The position numbers and the translations under genes were made by a program. DNA of 64,000 nucleotides from an uncultured Gammaproteobacteria bacterium (GTDB lineage: Bacteria; Pseudomonadota; Gammaproteobacteria; CAWCPV01): assembly GCA_963797555.1 (NCBI GenBank), contig CAWCPV010000009.1, positions 224,001 to 288,000 of the forward strand, written 5' to 3'. How positions within the stretch are numbered: the first letter of the stretch is position 1; each line of letters begins with the position of its first letter. The notes beneath the pieces were generated by a model that did no database searches, was not told the DNA's origin, and saw only the letters and a program-made list of their open reading frames with translations. This document shows positions 41,216 through 51,943 of the stretch, one piece after another.

Positions 41216-42934
41216 GACCGGGCACGACTGGTTCCGCAGCGCAGCTTGCTTGAGGATGGCGTTGCCCTTGGCAGGCTCATGCGCGGCGCGGACGAGGGGG
41301 ATGACGAGAGCGCGGAGGACGACCGGGATGAGCTGCTCGGTGCCGGTGATTACTACGGCGGGAAATGGGGCCTCTACGTCCGCGCCCCCGACCTCTGGTT
41401 CGAGTTGCTCGACCACTATGGGAAGCGGTTCGCTCCGCTTGGCACGCTGGCGGAAATTCGTTTTGGCGTGAAGTCGGGAAAGGATGAATTCTTTTACCCT
41501 CGCGACTGCTCGCAAGATTGCCTGACCGAGTTGACCGAGCCTACCGCATTCGAGCACGACTACGGTGTTCCCCGAGTGCTCGTGCAGTCAGGAAAGGTGA
41601 GGCTGGTCCGTTGCGGCGAGAAGTACGGCGAGATTCGGCCCATCGAAGGCGAATACCTTGAGCCCGAGGTCCACAGCCTCATGGAGGTGAAGGGCTACAC
41701 CGTTGGCCCCGAGGATTGCAGCCGCCTCATCCTGCTTGTGGGCGAACCAAAGGCCAACCTCAAGAGTACCTATGTACTCAGGTACATCGAGTGGGGCGAG
41801 TCCAAGGGATGGCACAAAGGCGCAACCTGCGCGGCGCGCGTGACCGAGGATCGCAAGTGGTATGACCTTACGGGTCATGCCCGCGGGGCGCTGTTCTGGC
41901 CAAAGTCCCAGCAATACAAGCACGCCGTGCCATCCAATGACGAAGACTTGCAAGCCAACTGCAATCTGTACGATATCACTCCGCGTGACGGCATTGACCC
42001 GAGTACGCTTGCGGGAATTCTCAATTCAACATGGGCTGTGCTCGCCAAGTTCCAATACGGCCGCCCGGTGGGCAACGAGGGGAACCTGAAGACCGAGGTC
42101 GTTGACGTAGCGATGATGCCGGTCCCCGATCCGCGCGGAAGAGCGCCTAGCATTTTGAACAAGGTAGCCAGCGCATTCAAGGCGTTGAAAAACCGAGAGG
42201 TCCAGCAGTTTCTGTCCGAACGCCGCATGCGCCGTATGGCCCTCACCAAGGCTGGACGCGAAGCGGAACTGCCGCAGCTATCTGACGTGTGCGAGCTGGA
42301 CATGCAGGATCGGCGCAACCTCGACGATGCGGTCCTGGAACTGCTCGGGGTCAAGGACCGGCAGGAGCGCGACACGCTCACCGACCACCTGTATGCCTAC
42401 CTGCGCGAGTTCTTTGAGCAGGTGCGTCAGAAGGAGGAAAAGGCGATTGACAACAAGAACAAGTCCAAGCGGAAGTTCGCGCTCTCGCAAGCAGAGATCG
42501 CCGCCCAAGTGTATGCCGAGATCAAGGACAAGCACGGGCACCTGCTGCTCCCATATGGCGACTTCGTGGACCTCAGTCGGCCCTTCAGTACCTTCGACCT
42601 TCCGGCGGATGGGGCGGCCGAACTGCATCATGACATGTTCGCCGCGGAGGGCAGCGTTCGCTTCATGAAACGCCGCAAGCAGCTTGCCATCGTATCGACC
42701 AAGACGCCGGAGCAGGCCGAACTCATCAACCTCGCTGCGGCGCACGGGGTGCGCGGGCTCATCCGCGTACCGCTGGACCCAAAGGAATGCCGAGTGCTTA
42801 AGCAACGGTATGAGGCATTGTTGGAGGATCGCGTTCAGCACATTCGCAAACTCATCGCCGAACGAACGGCCGATGCAGACCTTCAGGAGAGCATTTTCAA
42901 GGCTACCAACGATCTCGTTCTGCACCGGGGGTAA
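41216..42934 (+). pseudogene. C-terminal part of a large N6-DNA methyltransferase / type IIG-like restriction-modification protein
   Basis: GGKWG.Y.RAP, L..LAEIRFG.KSG..EFFY, YI.WGE, WYDL, LNS......YGR..G.EG and LDDAVL.LLG. The catalytic N-terminal half is absent. Confidence 0.6.
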
Positions 42935-43115
42935 CGCCGGGTAACGCATGTCCGACGTAAGCGGCTACCTCAAGTCGCCCAGCCGGCTTGGTTCTACAAA
43001 GCGCACCCCGGTGAGCGATGAGCGCTTGCATGAGCCAGGCGACGTTGGTGGGGTCTCAGGGGTCATCGTCGGTTCCTCTCTGTGCGACCGTGTGTTCCTC
43101 GCCAGGTCCAGCGCT

Positions 43116-43646
43116 TCAGCGCTCATCGTCCGCCTCCCGCGACACCTCGAACAACTCACACTCCCGCACCGGTGCGCCCGAGTACAGCCCGGCCTCGCAC
43201 CGCGCACGCTCTGGGATATGGTGGCGACACTGCGAACAGCGCGCGTTGCCCCGTGGCGCCCACAGCTCGGAGAGGGGAATGCCCGGGGTAGGGGGCGGGG
43301 CAGATGGCGCCTCCTGTGGGCTCTCTGGCGGCGGTGGCGGGTCTTCGTTAGGCAGGGCCTCCACCTTGGCGTCCGGGTATGCCCTGGCGATGGCCTCGCG
43401 GGCCTCCTCCAAACTGGCGTCCGGGACGAAGTCGAACGTGCGGACGGTGCCATCCGGTAGAACTGCCCGGTAGCGCCAGCGACGAGCGGTGAGCAAGGCC
43501 ACCAGCTCGTCTTTGTGGACGCGAATGAGCGCACGCAGCTCGTCCGTCAACGCCTCGCTCCGGCGCACCGCAATCGCGTCGTGGTCCGCCACGGCCAGGA
43601 CGAGCCCGGCGGCCCGTAGGCGATCAAGGATGGCGGCTGCGCTCAT
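43116..43646 (-). CDS. Hypothetical satellite protein downstream of the primase-helicase
   Basis: MSAAAIL..LRAAGL.L.......LTDELR..IR.HK.EL..LL N-terminus; Cys-rich C-terminus; ATGA overlap. Confidence 0.6.
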   Translation of the reverse strand: MSAAAILDRLRAAGLVLAVADHDAIAVRRSEALTDELRALIRVHKDELVALLTARRWRYRAVLPDGTVRTFDFVPDASLEEAREAIARAYPDAKVEALPNEDPPPPPESPQEAPSAPPPTPGIPLSELWAPRGNARCSQCRHHIPERARCEAGLYSGAPVRECELFEVSREADDER

Positions 43647-45984
43647 CGGATGATCTCCATAGCGGCGTCCGGATCGTCGTCGCAGCCAGGCTCCCGATGG
43701 AGTGGCTCTGGGGCATTCTCGCCATTCTCGCCGTAACTCGTTGATACCGGCGAATTAGGTGGAGGACGGTGGCGATCAATATCGCCGCCGTCTCCATCCC
43801 TTAAGGGCGGCGGCGAATTAGAAGACGACGGCGAGAATGACCCAGAATCTTGTCCATTGTCGCCGCGGTGCCCGGCGAGATTGCCAGGGTCCAGGAAGGT
43901 CGTTCGCCTGCCCTTCTTGATGTGCTCCGGGATCTCCGACTCGGAGATCCGCCCTGACGCTTGGAGAGAGGACAGCGCCGCGCGCAGCGCCTTCCGCGCC
44001 ATGCCGAGATCCTCGTCCTCCAAGGTATGCCGGGTGTGATGCCGCGGCGGAGTCTGCCGCAGCTCCTCGCGCAGGAACGTCAAGACTTGCTCCGCCTGTG
44101 CCTTGCGCACCGCGTCCGGGTCGCGCGGCAGCTCCACCGTGTACTCGAAGGCATACCCGCGGCGCTTGATCCACAGCATGGGCTGCGGCGGCGTGTAGCT
44201 CGTCTTGGCTCGCGCCAGTATGGTGGCGCTCTCGTCTTGTCCAAGGGTGAACCCAGGCGGGGGGGCAATCCTTCGCACCCAGGCTGCCAGGGCTGCAAGA
44301 CGGCCACCATGCGCGCACCGTCGGGCAGCGCCGACCCGCCTCGGGCCGTGTATTGGTCGAGGGTGCGCTCGCGAGCGTTGGCCTTGCCGGTGTGGTGGAT
44401 CAGCCGCACGCAGCAGCCTAACTCCCGCACGATGCGCCGGGCGGCTGTGATCAGGGCTTGTTCGTTGTCGTTGACGAGCCGTTCGCCGGCTCCGAAGGAT
44501 ATTGCCGGGTCGAAGGCTACCAGCACCGGCGGGTGCTCGCGGTAGATCTCCGTGATGGCGTCCGCCAATCCGGTCAGGATCACGTTGCCGTGTTCATCCA
44601 GCTCTGCAAGCCGACAGGCGGTGCCGGTCACGTCCCAGATCAGCACGCCCTCGCGCACCCGCTGAACCTGCTCCTCGGTGAGGTGCAGGGCCTCGCACAC
44701 CATACGCAGCCGAGCCACCAGGCGTTCACGCTGATCCTCGGCCGTGACGAGCAGCACAGGCCCGGGGTTCTCCACCTCCAAGCCGAACAGCGGCAGCCCG
44801 AGGATGACGTGGACGATCTCGTACAAGATGAGCGTCGTCTTGCCGGCTCCGCCCGGTCCGGCCAGCACGGCAACGTCGGCGAAGAGGTACTTCGAGACGA
44901 TGCAGCGCGGGGTAAGTCTCGCGACAGCGAACTCCTCTGTGCTGATGGGCGGAGCGTCGGGTATCGGCGCGGTCGCTTCACCGTTCGCCTGCGATGCGGC
45001 GCCCTGCGGGTCGGGCGGCTCTCCGGGGTTCCAGTCACACAGGGTCTCGCGCTCGGACGGGGGCTTGGGCTCGCGACCAGCCTGCTCTGCCCATACTCGC
45101 CGCGGGTCCAGGTCCAGCGCCCGCAGGAGCTCCTCTTGCGAACGCGGGGGGCGGCCATTGCCTCCCGTGCATTCGGGCGAGTGCAGGCAGTGGAATTTCC
45201 CGTAGCGCACGCCGCCGAAGTTCGGGAGGTAGTAGACCGTGCTGCTCTCGGAAGTCTTCTCTTGGTGCTCTGCGTCGAAAGGGCAGACGACGGCATACTT
45301 GCCGGGCGCCACTTCGCGCAACACCATGTCGCGCTCGCTGAGGCGCCGCAGTACCGGGTCAGCAGTCGCGGCAGTCTGAGCCCGCGCCTCGGCTCCCGGC
45401 CGTTCCGGTTCGATGTCCGGAGCCTCGGCCAACAGCGCGTCCACGTCCACAGGCTCGCCCTCGAAGCGGAACGTCTGTGCACCGCGGAAAGGCGGGGTAA
45501 ACAACGGTTGCTCTGCCCGGTAGACGGACGGGTCCCACTTGAGGCGACCAGCTCCCAGCTCGGCATCGATGCGCCGTTGTATTGCCAAGCCGATGCGCTC
45601 CCCCTCCGCGCGGTCCACTTCGCGGTCAAGCTCCAGGACGAACCGTAGGCGGGGTTTGTTGGGGGTGTGGCTCGCCGTTGTGTACCCGAACCCCGAATAC
45701 GGTTGCAGCCACAGCACCAGATTCGAGAACACCTCGCCGTCCGCTGCGCCATCCATGTCGAAGGGCAGGAACCGCCGTGGTAGAGCATCATCTAGGCAAC
45801 GATGGTGCCGACCGTCGCCGTTGGGCTTGAACGCGGAGCAGATGTAGGTCAAGCCTTTGGGCTGTGCCCGGTCCGCCAGTACAGCCTCAGCGAATTCCGC
45901 GAAGGTAGTGGCCGTGCGCTGGGCGGGGTAGTTGTCATACTTCGACGTGCCGCGGGAGTAAGCGAACGTGACTGGCGTGCTCAC
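43643..45984 (-). CDS. Primase-like N-terminus fused to an AAA_25/RepA-type helicase, frameshift near 44270
   Basis: D.D and YTTASH...PR.R.V..LDR (AEP-like); CPF..EH...CLH zinc motif; GPGGAGKTT, AED, FDP, HHTGK and RGGSAL.D.AR. Confidence 0.8.
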
Positions 45985-46355
45985 TGCACGCCCTCCGGTT
46001 CGTGATGGAGGTCGTGGGCCTCCAGCCGCCGTAGCGGCTTGCGCAGCCGGTTGCCGCGCTTGTCGAAGAACAGCACGGCCACGTCGGTGGCCCCGGAGAC
46101 ATCGAGGTCACCCAGTTCGCCGGGGACGATGGGGCGGACGTACCCCAGCTCGCCGGGGTGTTTGCGCTGCCACTGGCGGTCGATGCGCTTCGCCTCGCGC
46201 ATGGCGCGCACGGTGGACGGGGTGGGGTGGATGACATGCAGCGTGTTACTATCCGTTTGCGTTGCGTTGTCCCCTGCGGCCTCACCCGGTGCCTGCCCGG
46301 TGGGGCCGCGTCGTCTCTGGGGTCCGGCCCTCGCTTCATCGTCTCCGATGTGCAT
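45981..46355 (-). CDS. Hypothetical protein
   Basis: ORF between alpA and the primase; its stop overlaps the primase start. Confidence 0.45.
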   Translation of the reverse strand: MHIGDDEARAGPQRRRGPTGQAPGEAAGDNATQTDSNTLHVIHPTPSTVRAMREAKRIDRQWQRKHPGELGYVRPIVPGELGDLDVSGATDVAVLFFDKRGNRLRKPLRRLEAHDLHHEPEGVQ

Positions 46356-46358
46356 GGC

Positions 46359-46610
46359 TCACCCCCGGCTGCTCGCCAGCGCGCGCCGCAGCTCGCCGAC
46401 GTTCCAGGCGGTGATCCGGTCCGACAGTTTGCGCGGCGCCGGGAGGCGTCCGTCAGCCACCCGCCTCCATACTGTCGCAGCCGAACACCCGTATAGGGCT
46501 TCAACTACGGGCTGTCGGACGTGTGCGGAATCGGGGAGAGAATCGAAGTTGCGAAGCGAATCGAGAACCCCGCCCTTCCGGGCGTCTTTCTGCGAAGCCG
46601 AATGCGGCAC
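46359..46610 (-). CDS. alpA: AlpA-family transcriptional regulator / excisionase
   Basis: FD.LPD.A.VR...V..L.G.S.ATVWR....G.LP.P.KL....TAW.VG.LR. Confidence 0.85.
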   Translation of the reverse strand: MPHSASQKDARKGGVLDSLRNFDSLPDSAHVRQPVVEALYGCSAATVWRRVADGRLPAPRKLSDRITAWNVGELRRALASSRG

Positions 46611-47107
46611 AGCGGCACCTCATGATTGTTCATGGATGCGTTCTTTTTAGCAGATTGTAGTGGGGCCGTGTTCCGACTCGCGAGCGACTTCCAAGCGATT
46701 ACGACGATATTGCCGGTTCCGAAGGAATTTCCCCGCAAGCGACTTCCCAAGTATTTCCGCAAAGGCGACTCAACGCTCAACTCTGAGAGATAGCGCGCCC
46801 CTCCTCCAGAGCCTCGTTGATGCACCCCTCAAGCGTGGTGTCCCTCATGCCGTGCTTATCCGGCAGCTTGCCATCCGTCTCCAAGCCCAGCACCTCTTGC
46901 AGCAGGGCTTCCAACAAACGGTTGACGACTGGCGAGTCTTTGTCTCCGAGCTTCGGGTCTTTCGCGGTCCCAACGTATACCCGAATGAACGTAACCGTTC
47001 ACCCCCCTGGAATATTTTGACCCGGAGGGCTGGACAAAACGGTTCCAGCGTGAGACAGTTGGGTGCCCTTGGCAGGATGTTCCTCGACCTCACTGTCACA
47101 CACAATC

Positions 47108-48677
47108 ATGGTGCTCAAGGAGCACGACCTTCGTCAGCTCAGCGAGGAGCGCATTCTGGAGCTGAGGCAGAAGGATCCCGATGCGCTGGCAGCGCTGAGC
47201 ATCCGCCTGCTGCAGGATCTCAAGGAAGCGTGGGAGCGGCTCAATCAGAGTCCCTCCAATAGCTCTCGTCCGCCGAGCAGTCAAGACCCCTGGCTGCGTG
47301 CGCGGGAGGACGAAGAGGCCGACGCCGGTCCTGAGGACGAGGAGGCCAAGAGCCGTTCTGAGGAGGATGGCCTCCCCGGGGCTGGCGGCCAGAAGGGCGC
47401 AAAGGACACGAGTGGCAAGACCTCAGGGACGCAGCGCCGAGCGGGCCGGCAGCCTGGCTCCCAGGGATTCGGGCGCGCCCAGAAGCTGACAGTCACCGAT
47501 TGGGACCATCATCGGCCGGGAAGTTGTGCGCTGTGTGGTGGGGCGCTCAATCCTGAGCAGGCGAAGCCCTACACCGCCTTTGATAGGCTGGACTTGGTCT
47601 TTGGCGATGAGCAGGCGCCGGGGCTGCGCCTGACCTGCACGCGGCAGGTATACTACCAGAGCCGTTGCGACTGTGGTCATGAGACCCGGCAGGCGCCGCA
47701 CCGCGCGCCCGAGCACTTGGGATGCTGGCGAGGGGTGGGGCTTGGCGAGTGGCGCCTGGTGGGGCCGGGATTGTGCGCCTTCATCGTCTGGCTGCGGTTT
47801 CGGATGCGCCTGTCCATCCGCCTGGTCCGGGAGTTCCTGCACGAGGTGTTTGGGCTGGCGCTCGGCATCGGCACCCTCCACCAATGCGTGATGGAGACCG
47901 CCCGTGCCTGCGAGCCGGTCGAGGATGAGCTGGTGACCCAGTTGCTGGAAGCGGCCCTCATGCATGCCGATGAGACACCGCACAAGCAATGGGGAGAGCC
48001 CTTGTGGTTATGGGTGTTCATCTCGGCCTCGACGGCGCTGTTCTTGGTCGGCTCTCGCGCCAAAGAGATGTTTCAGAACCTCATCGAGGATCTCTTCTGC
48101 GGCTATCTGATGAGCGATGGGTACCAGGTCTATCGGGACTATGCCAAGCGCCTGCGTTGCTGGGCGCATCTCATTCGCAAGGCCCGGGGCCTGAGGGATT
48201 GCCTCTCGCCCACCCTCCAGGGCTACGGCCAGGCGGTCTATGACCTGCTCGATGCGCTGATGCAGGCCGTCTATCACGCCCGCGAGGGACCGGGCGGCTC
48301 CCTGCGGCAAGCCCACCCGGGCGAGCTCGACGAGTCTCACGGCCCTGTGTGAACGCATGAGCTGCTGCCCTTATGACAAGGCCCAGGCGCTGGGCAAGGA
48401 GCTGCTCAACGACTGGGGGGCGATCTTCCGGGTGTTGGATGAGCCTCAGCTGCCGCTGACCAACAACGTGGCGGAGCGGGCGCTGCGTCACTGGGTGATT
48501 CTGCGTCGCATCAGCCAGGGGACCCGCAGCGAACAAGGCAGCCGGGCGCTGGCGCTGCTCGCCAGTGTGATCGAGACTTCTCGGCTGCGATTGAGCTCCC
48601 CGCTGTGCTATCTCAGAGATGTCCTCGCCCACCGACGCCGCGGCTTTGAGGCACCGCCGCTTCCTGCGCCCGCTTGA
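47108..48677 (+). CDS. IS66-family transposase (no TnpA/TnpB), frameshift near 48335
   Basis: NSSRPPSS, GRQPG..G, C..CG, HADET, SDGY.VY, CWAHL.RK and TNN.AERALR. Confidence 0.9.
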
Positions 48678-48679
48678 GT

Positions 48680-49398
48680 TCAGCGCTCACCGCGCAGGCG
48701 CTCTCTGGCCTGCGGGTGCAGAGCGTAGAGGAAGACCCGCTTTATCGCTCTGCCATGGCGTTGGTGCGCACGGTCCATGCGCCCGCGTCCGCTGGTCTCG
48801 CCCACCTCGCACCAGTTGGCCGCCCGGTAGCAGGTCCCGGCAAAGCGCAGCCGATCCACGCATCGCGGGCCTGCATGCGCCAGGCCGGGCTGGTGTAGGT
48901 GAGCCCGCCCAACACCTCCCCCTCCCGGCGCTGGGAGCAGATGAGATAGACCAACTGGGCCCCAAAGGGTGTGGCATAGCCCAAGTAGTGATAGCGCGCG
49001 AGAAGCTCGCGCCACAATGCCCGTCCCTCGGCCTGGCGCACTAACTGAAGCTCCACCGGGGCCACCTCCTGCAGCGCACCGGCAATCTCGCCGCGGCGTT
49101 CGCCCCGATCGGTCTGCGCAGTGCAGGTGCGCCGCCCCTTGGGCCTGCCCGTGCGCTTGGCGGGAAGCCTCAGATCCCCCCGAGCTTCCAACCGCTCCAG
49201 TAGATCCCGACACTCGCGGGACTTCAGGGCTCCGTTGTCCCGTCTCCACCCCAGCAGCTCACAGATGGTCTGCGCCAGCTCAAAACGACTCAGGCCCACG
49301 CACATCGACACCATTCGGACGATGGCGGAGATCTCCTCTTCGGTAAAGCTCCGGCCGCTCGCCGTGATCGCCTGCGGAATAGAGGGCTCTTGATCCAT
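48680..49398 (-). pseudogene. DUF4338 (DruA-like) gene with an internal deletion and frameshift
   Basis: SR.ELA..IC..LGW, HYLGY and RDAWIG, jumping in another frame directly to RFAGTCYRAANW..VG.T.GRGRMD. Confidence 0.85.
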
Positions 49399-49971
49399 GA
49401 GCCGGGAGTGTACGACAAGCCGAGCGGCTCTGCTGCGCTGGACGCGCTCTTAACGCATCGATCAACTGGTGGGAGGGTCTGAACGGTTACGAATGAACAG
49501 CCATAAAGCTTTGGCCAGCGCAGCACGGCTGTGGGACCATGGGCTGTCGGAGCTGCCGGAGTCGAGCCGATCAGGGCCGACACTAAAGTCCTGAAGGTCA
49601 GCAATCGTGATCCAGTAGTCGTACATCAACGGTGTCTTTGGATTGAAACCTGCAAACGGTGTGCGCTCCGGGTTCTCCTGCCGTATGGCTTCCACTATGC
49701 GGCGCACCTCAGTGCTCTTCCGTGGTTTCTTGATGCATGGGAGTACCTCAGCATCGACAGCGTTCTGGAGTGCCATTCTTATAAATCGGAACGTAGCGGC
49801 CTCTTCGGATGTATTCGCCGGATTCATCAGTTCCGCCATGAGAGTGGGATTCGTAGCGTCAAGCTGGGGGTATTTGCTGGTTCTGGCCAGCACCCACATA
49901 GCCGCTTGTTCGAGCGTCAATAGAAACATCATTCGTTTAGTTCGCTCCCTTCTGCGTCCTTGAGGAAGGAA

Positions 49972-50027
49972 GCCGCGCCAGGCCGGGCAAGGGAACCCGG
50001 CTTTTCGCTAGCTAGGCTAGACGCGGC
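49972..50027 (-). ncRNA. Structured RNA-like motif immediately after the integrase (int-alpA / c4-like)
   Basis: Closing stem GCCGCGTC / GGCGCGGC encloses hairpin GCCGGG-TTCCCTTG-CCCGGC; located between int and alpA. Confidence 0.55.
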
Positions 50028-50036
50028 AAATCGTGA

Positions 50037-51254
50037 TCAGAGTGTTCTCGCCCCGTGAATCGACACCACGTCGGCGCCGTTTCTCAGCCCGTCCAGGTAG
50101 TCGGCCCAAAACTGCATCATCCTGCGCCGCTCATCGAGATGCTGAGCATAGTTGTACGCTGCTCGCACCTCGTCGCGCTCGGCATGCGCCAATTGCCGCT
50201 CGATGGCGTCCCGGTGCCAGCCCTGCTCATTCAGCAGTGTCGACGCCATGCTGCGAAAGCCATGTCCGGTGATGTGGTTCTTGGTGAAGCCGAGCCGCCG
50301 CAGTGCGGCGTTCACGGTGTTCTCGCTCATCGGCCTGCCATTTGTCCGAGCCCCTGGAAAGACGTAGCGGCCGGAGCCAGTGAGCGGATGCAGCTCGCGC
50401 AGGCAAGCAACGGCTTGACGAGACAGCGGAACGATATGCTGCTCCTTCATCTTCATGCGGGCGGCCGGAACGCGCCACTCCGCACCTTCGAGGTTGAATT
50501 CCGCCCACTCTGCCTTGCGCAGCTCGCCGGGCCGCACGAATACGAGCGGGGCCAAGCGCAGCGCGCACTGCGTGATGAACGAGCCCTGATAGCCGTCGAT
50601 GGCGCGCAGCAGCTCACCGATGGCCTTGGGTTGAGTGATGCTCGCGTGGTGCTTCTCCTGCGCGGGTGGCAACGCACCACGCAGATCCGCGGATGGGTCA
50701 CGCTCAGCGCGTGCGGTGGCTACCGCATAGCGGAATACCTGTCCGCAGTTTTGCAGCGCGCGGTGCGCCGTCTCGACAGCCCCGCGTGCCTCGATGCGCC
50801 GCAACACGGTCAGCAGTTCCGGCGCAGTGACTTCTCGAATGGGCCGCGCACCGATCCAGGGGAACACGTCGCGCTCTAGGCGTCGGATGATCTTGCTGGA
50901 ATGACTCGCAGCCCATGTCGGCGCGAACTTGACGAACCACTCCCGCGACACGGCTGCAAAGGTGTTCTCCACCCTGTCGGCCTGCAACGCCTTCTGAGCC
51001 TTGCGTGCCGCAGCGGGATCGACTCCCGATGCAAGCAGCTTACGCGCCTCGTCCCGCCTATCCCTGGCATCCTTCAGGGACACATCCGGGTACACGCCGA
51101 TGGCGAGCGTCTTGCGCGTGCCTATGAACCGGTAGTCCAGCCGCCAGTATTTGCCCACGGACTTCACCAGCAGGTACAGCCCCTTCTCGTCGGTGAGCTT
51201 ATAGGGCCTGTCCTTGGGCTTGGCGTTGCGAGCTGTGGTATCGGTGAGCGACAT
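50037..51254 (-). CDS. P4-type tyrosine integrase with an arm-DNA-binding domain
   Basis: D..GLYL.V, G.YP.VSL..AR, RPGELR, HGFRSMAST.L.E, IERQLAH and AYNY. Confidence 0.95.
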   Translation of the reverse strand: MSLTDTTARNAKPKDRPYKLTDEKGLYLLVKSVGKYWRLDYRFIGTRKTLAIGVYPDVSLKDARDRRDEARKLLASGVDPAAARKAQKALQADRVENTFAAVSREWFVKFAPTWAASHSSKIIRRLERDVFPWIGARPIREVTAPELLTVLRRIEARGAVETAHRALQNCGQVFRYAVATARAERDPSADLRGALPPAQEKHHASITQPKAIGELLRAIDGYQGSFITQCALRLAPLVFVRPGELRKAEWAEFNLEGAEWRVPAARMKMKEQHIVPLSRQAVACLRELHPLTGSGRYVFPGARTNGRPMSENTVNAALRRLGFTKNHITGHGFRSMASTLLNEQGWHRDAIERQLAHAERDEVRAAYNYAQHLDERRRMMQFWADYLDGLRNGADVVSIHGARTL

Positions 51255-51513
51255 GGCGGTATCTCCCCAGGGACGCGGGTTGATCTTGCCGCCTCAGGAC
51301 CTCGACAAACCGGCGGAAAACTCTTGGGACAGTGAGGAAGAGATAGAGTTTGTCGGTATCTGCCTTGATGGGCGGCCGGATACCGTCAAAAGTACCGCCA
51401 AGAGTGGCGGTATGTCAAGAGATGTTCAGTGACGGTATGAGACAAAAGAAAACCCGCATGCCTTTGAGCGATACAGGTTTTGAGATGGTATGAGATTTCG
51501 TGAGGCGCTGATT

Positions 51514-51589
<76 letters not shown>

Positions 51590-51667
51590 TGAGCCATGAT
51601 TTCCGTGTCTCGCAAGCTGTCAGAGACTCTAGGGTCCCGGACGCCGTCGGGACAGCCGGCGAAGCCG

Positions 51668-51943
51668 TTACTTGCTCTGCGGGGGCACGTAGCCTTCCGG
51701 AGCCTGGGAGCCCTCCCCGAAAAAGTACTTGTCCATCTCCCCCTCCAGGAATTTGCGTGCCTTCGGGTCCACGGGGGTGAGGCGATACTCGTTGATGAGC
51801 ATGGTCTGGTGGCGCAGCCAGCCTTGCCATGCCTCCTTGGAGACGCTTTCGTAGAGACGTTTCCCAAGCTCGCCGGGATAAGGCGGGTAGTCGAGCCCGT
51901 CCGCCTCCCGCTGCAGCTTCACGCAATACACCGTCCGGCTCAT
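51668..51943 (-). CDS. yggX: Oxidative damage protection / Fe(II) trafficking protein
   Basis: [31 protein letters not shown]. Confidence 0.93.
   Translation of the reverse strand: MSRTVYCVKLQREADGLDYPPYPGELGKRLYESVSKEAWQGWLRHQTMLINEYRLTPVDPKARKFLEGEMDKYFFGEGSQAPEGYVPPQSK

Larger units (their letters stand above)
46991..49490. mobile_element. IS66-family insertion sequence, 2500 bp, carrying a transposase and a convergent DUF4338 gene
   Basis: Ends GTAACCGTTCA...TGAACGGTTAC; 8-bp TSD GAATGAAC at 46983-46990 and 49491-49498. Confidence 0.95.
46777..49932 (-). pseudogene. Hypothetical ~215-aa gene between integrase and alpA, split by IS66
   Basis: Removing 46991-49490 plus one TSD restores ...AKALWLFIR-VYVGTAKDPKLG...EEGRAISQS-stop at 46777. 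Confidence 0.75.
29455..51513 (-). mobile_element. tRNA-Phe-integrated P4/PICI-like genomic island (~22 kb, mosaic and decaying)
   Basis: Integrase next to tRNA-Phe, then AlpA and primase-helicase; terS at the far end; tRNA fragment and arm-type repeats at both ends. Confidence 0.7.

Noticed and set aside
43643-45984. Programmed frameshift in the primase-helicase
   Set aside because: The break lies near a G/C homopolymer in a window full of indels, so sequencing error is more likely.
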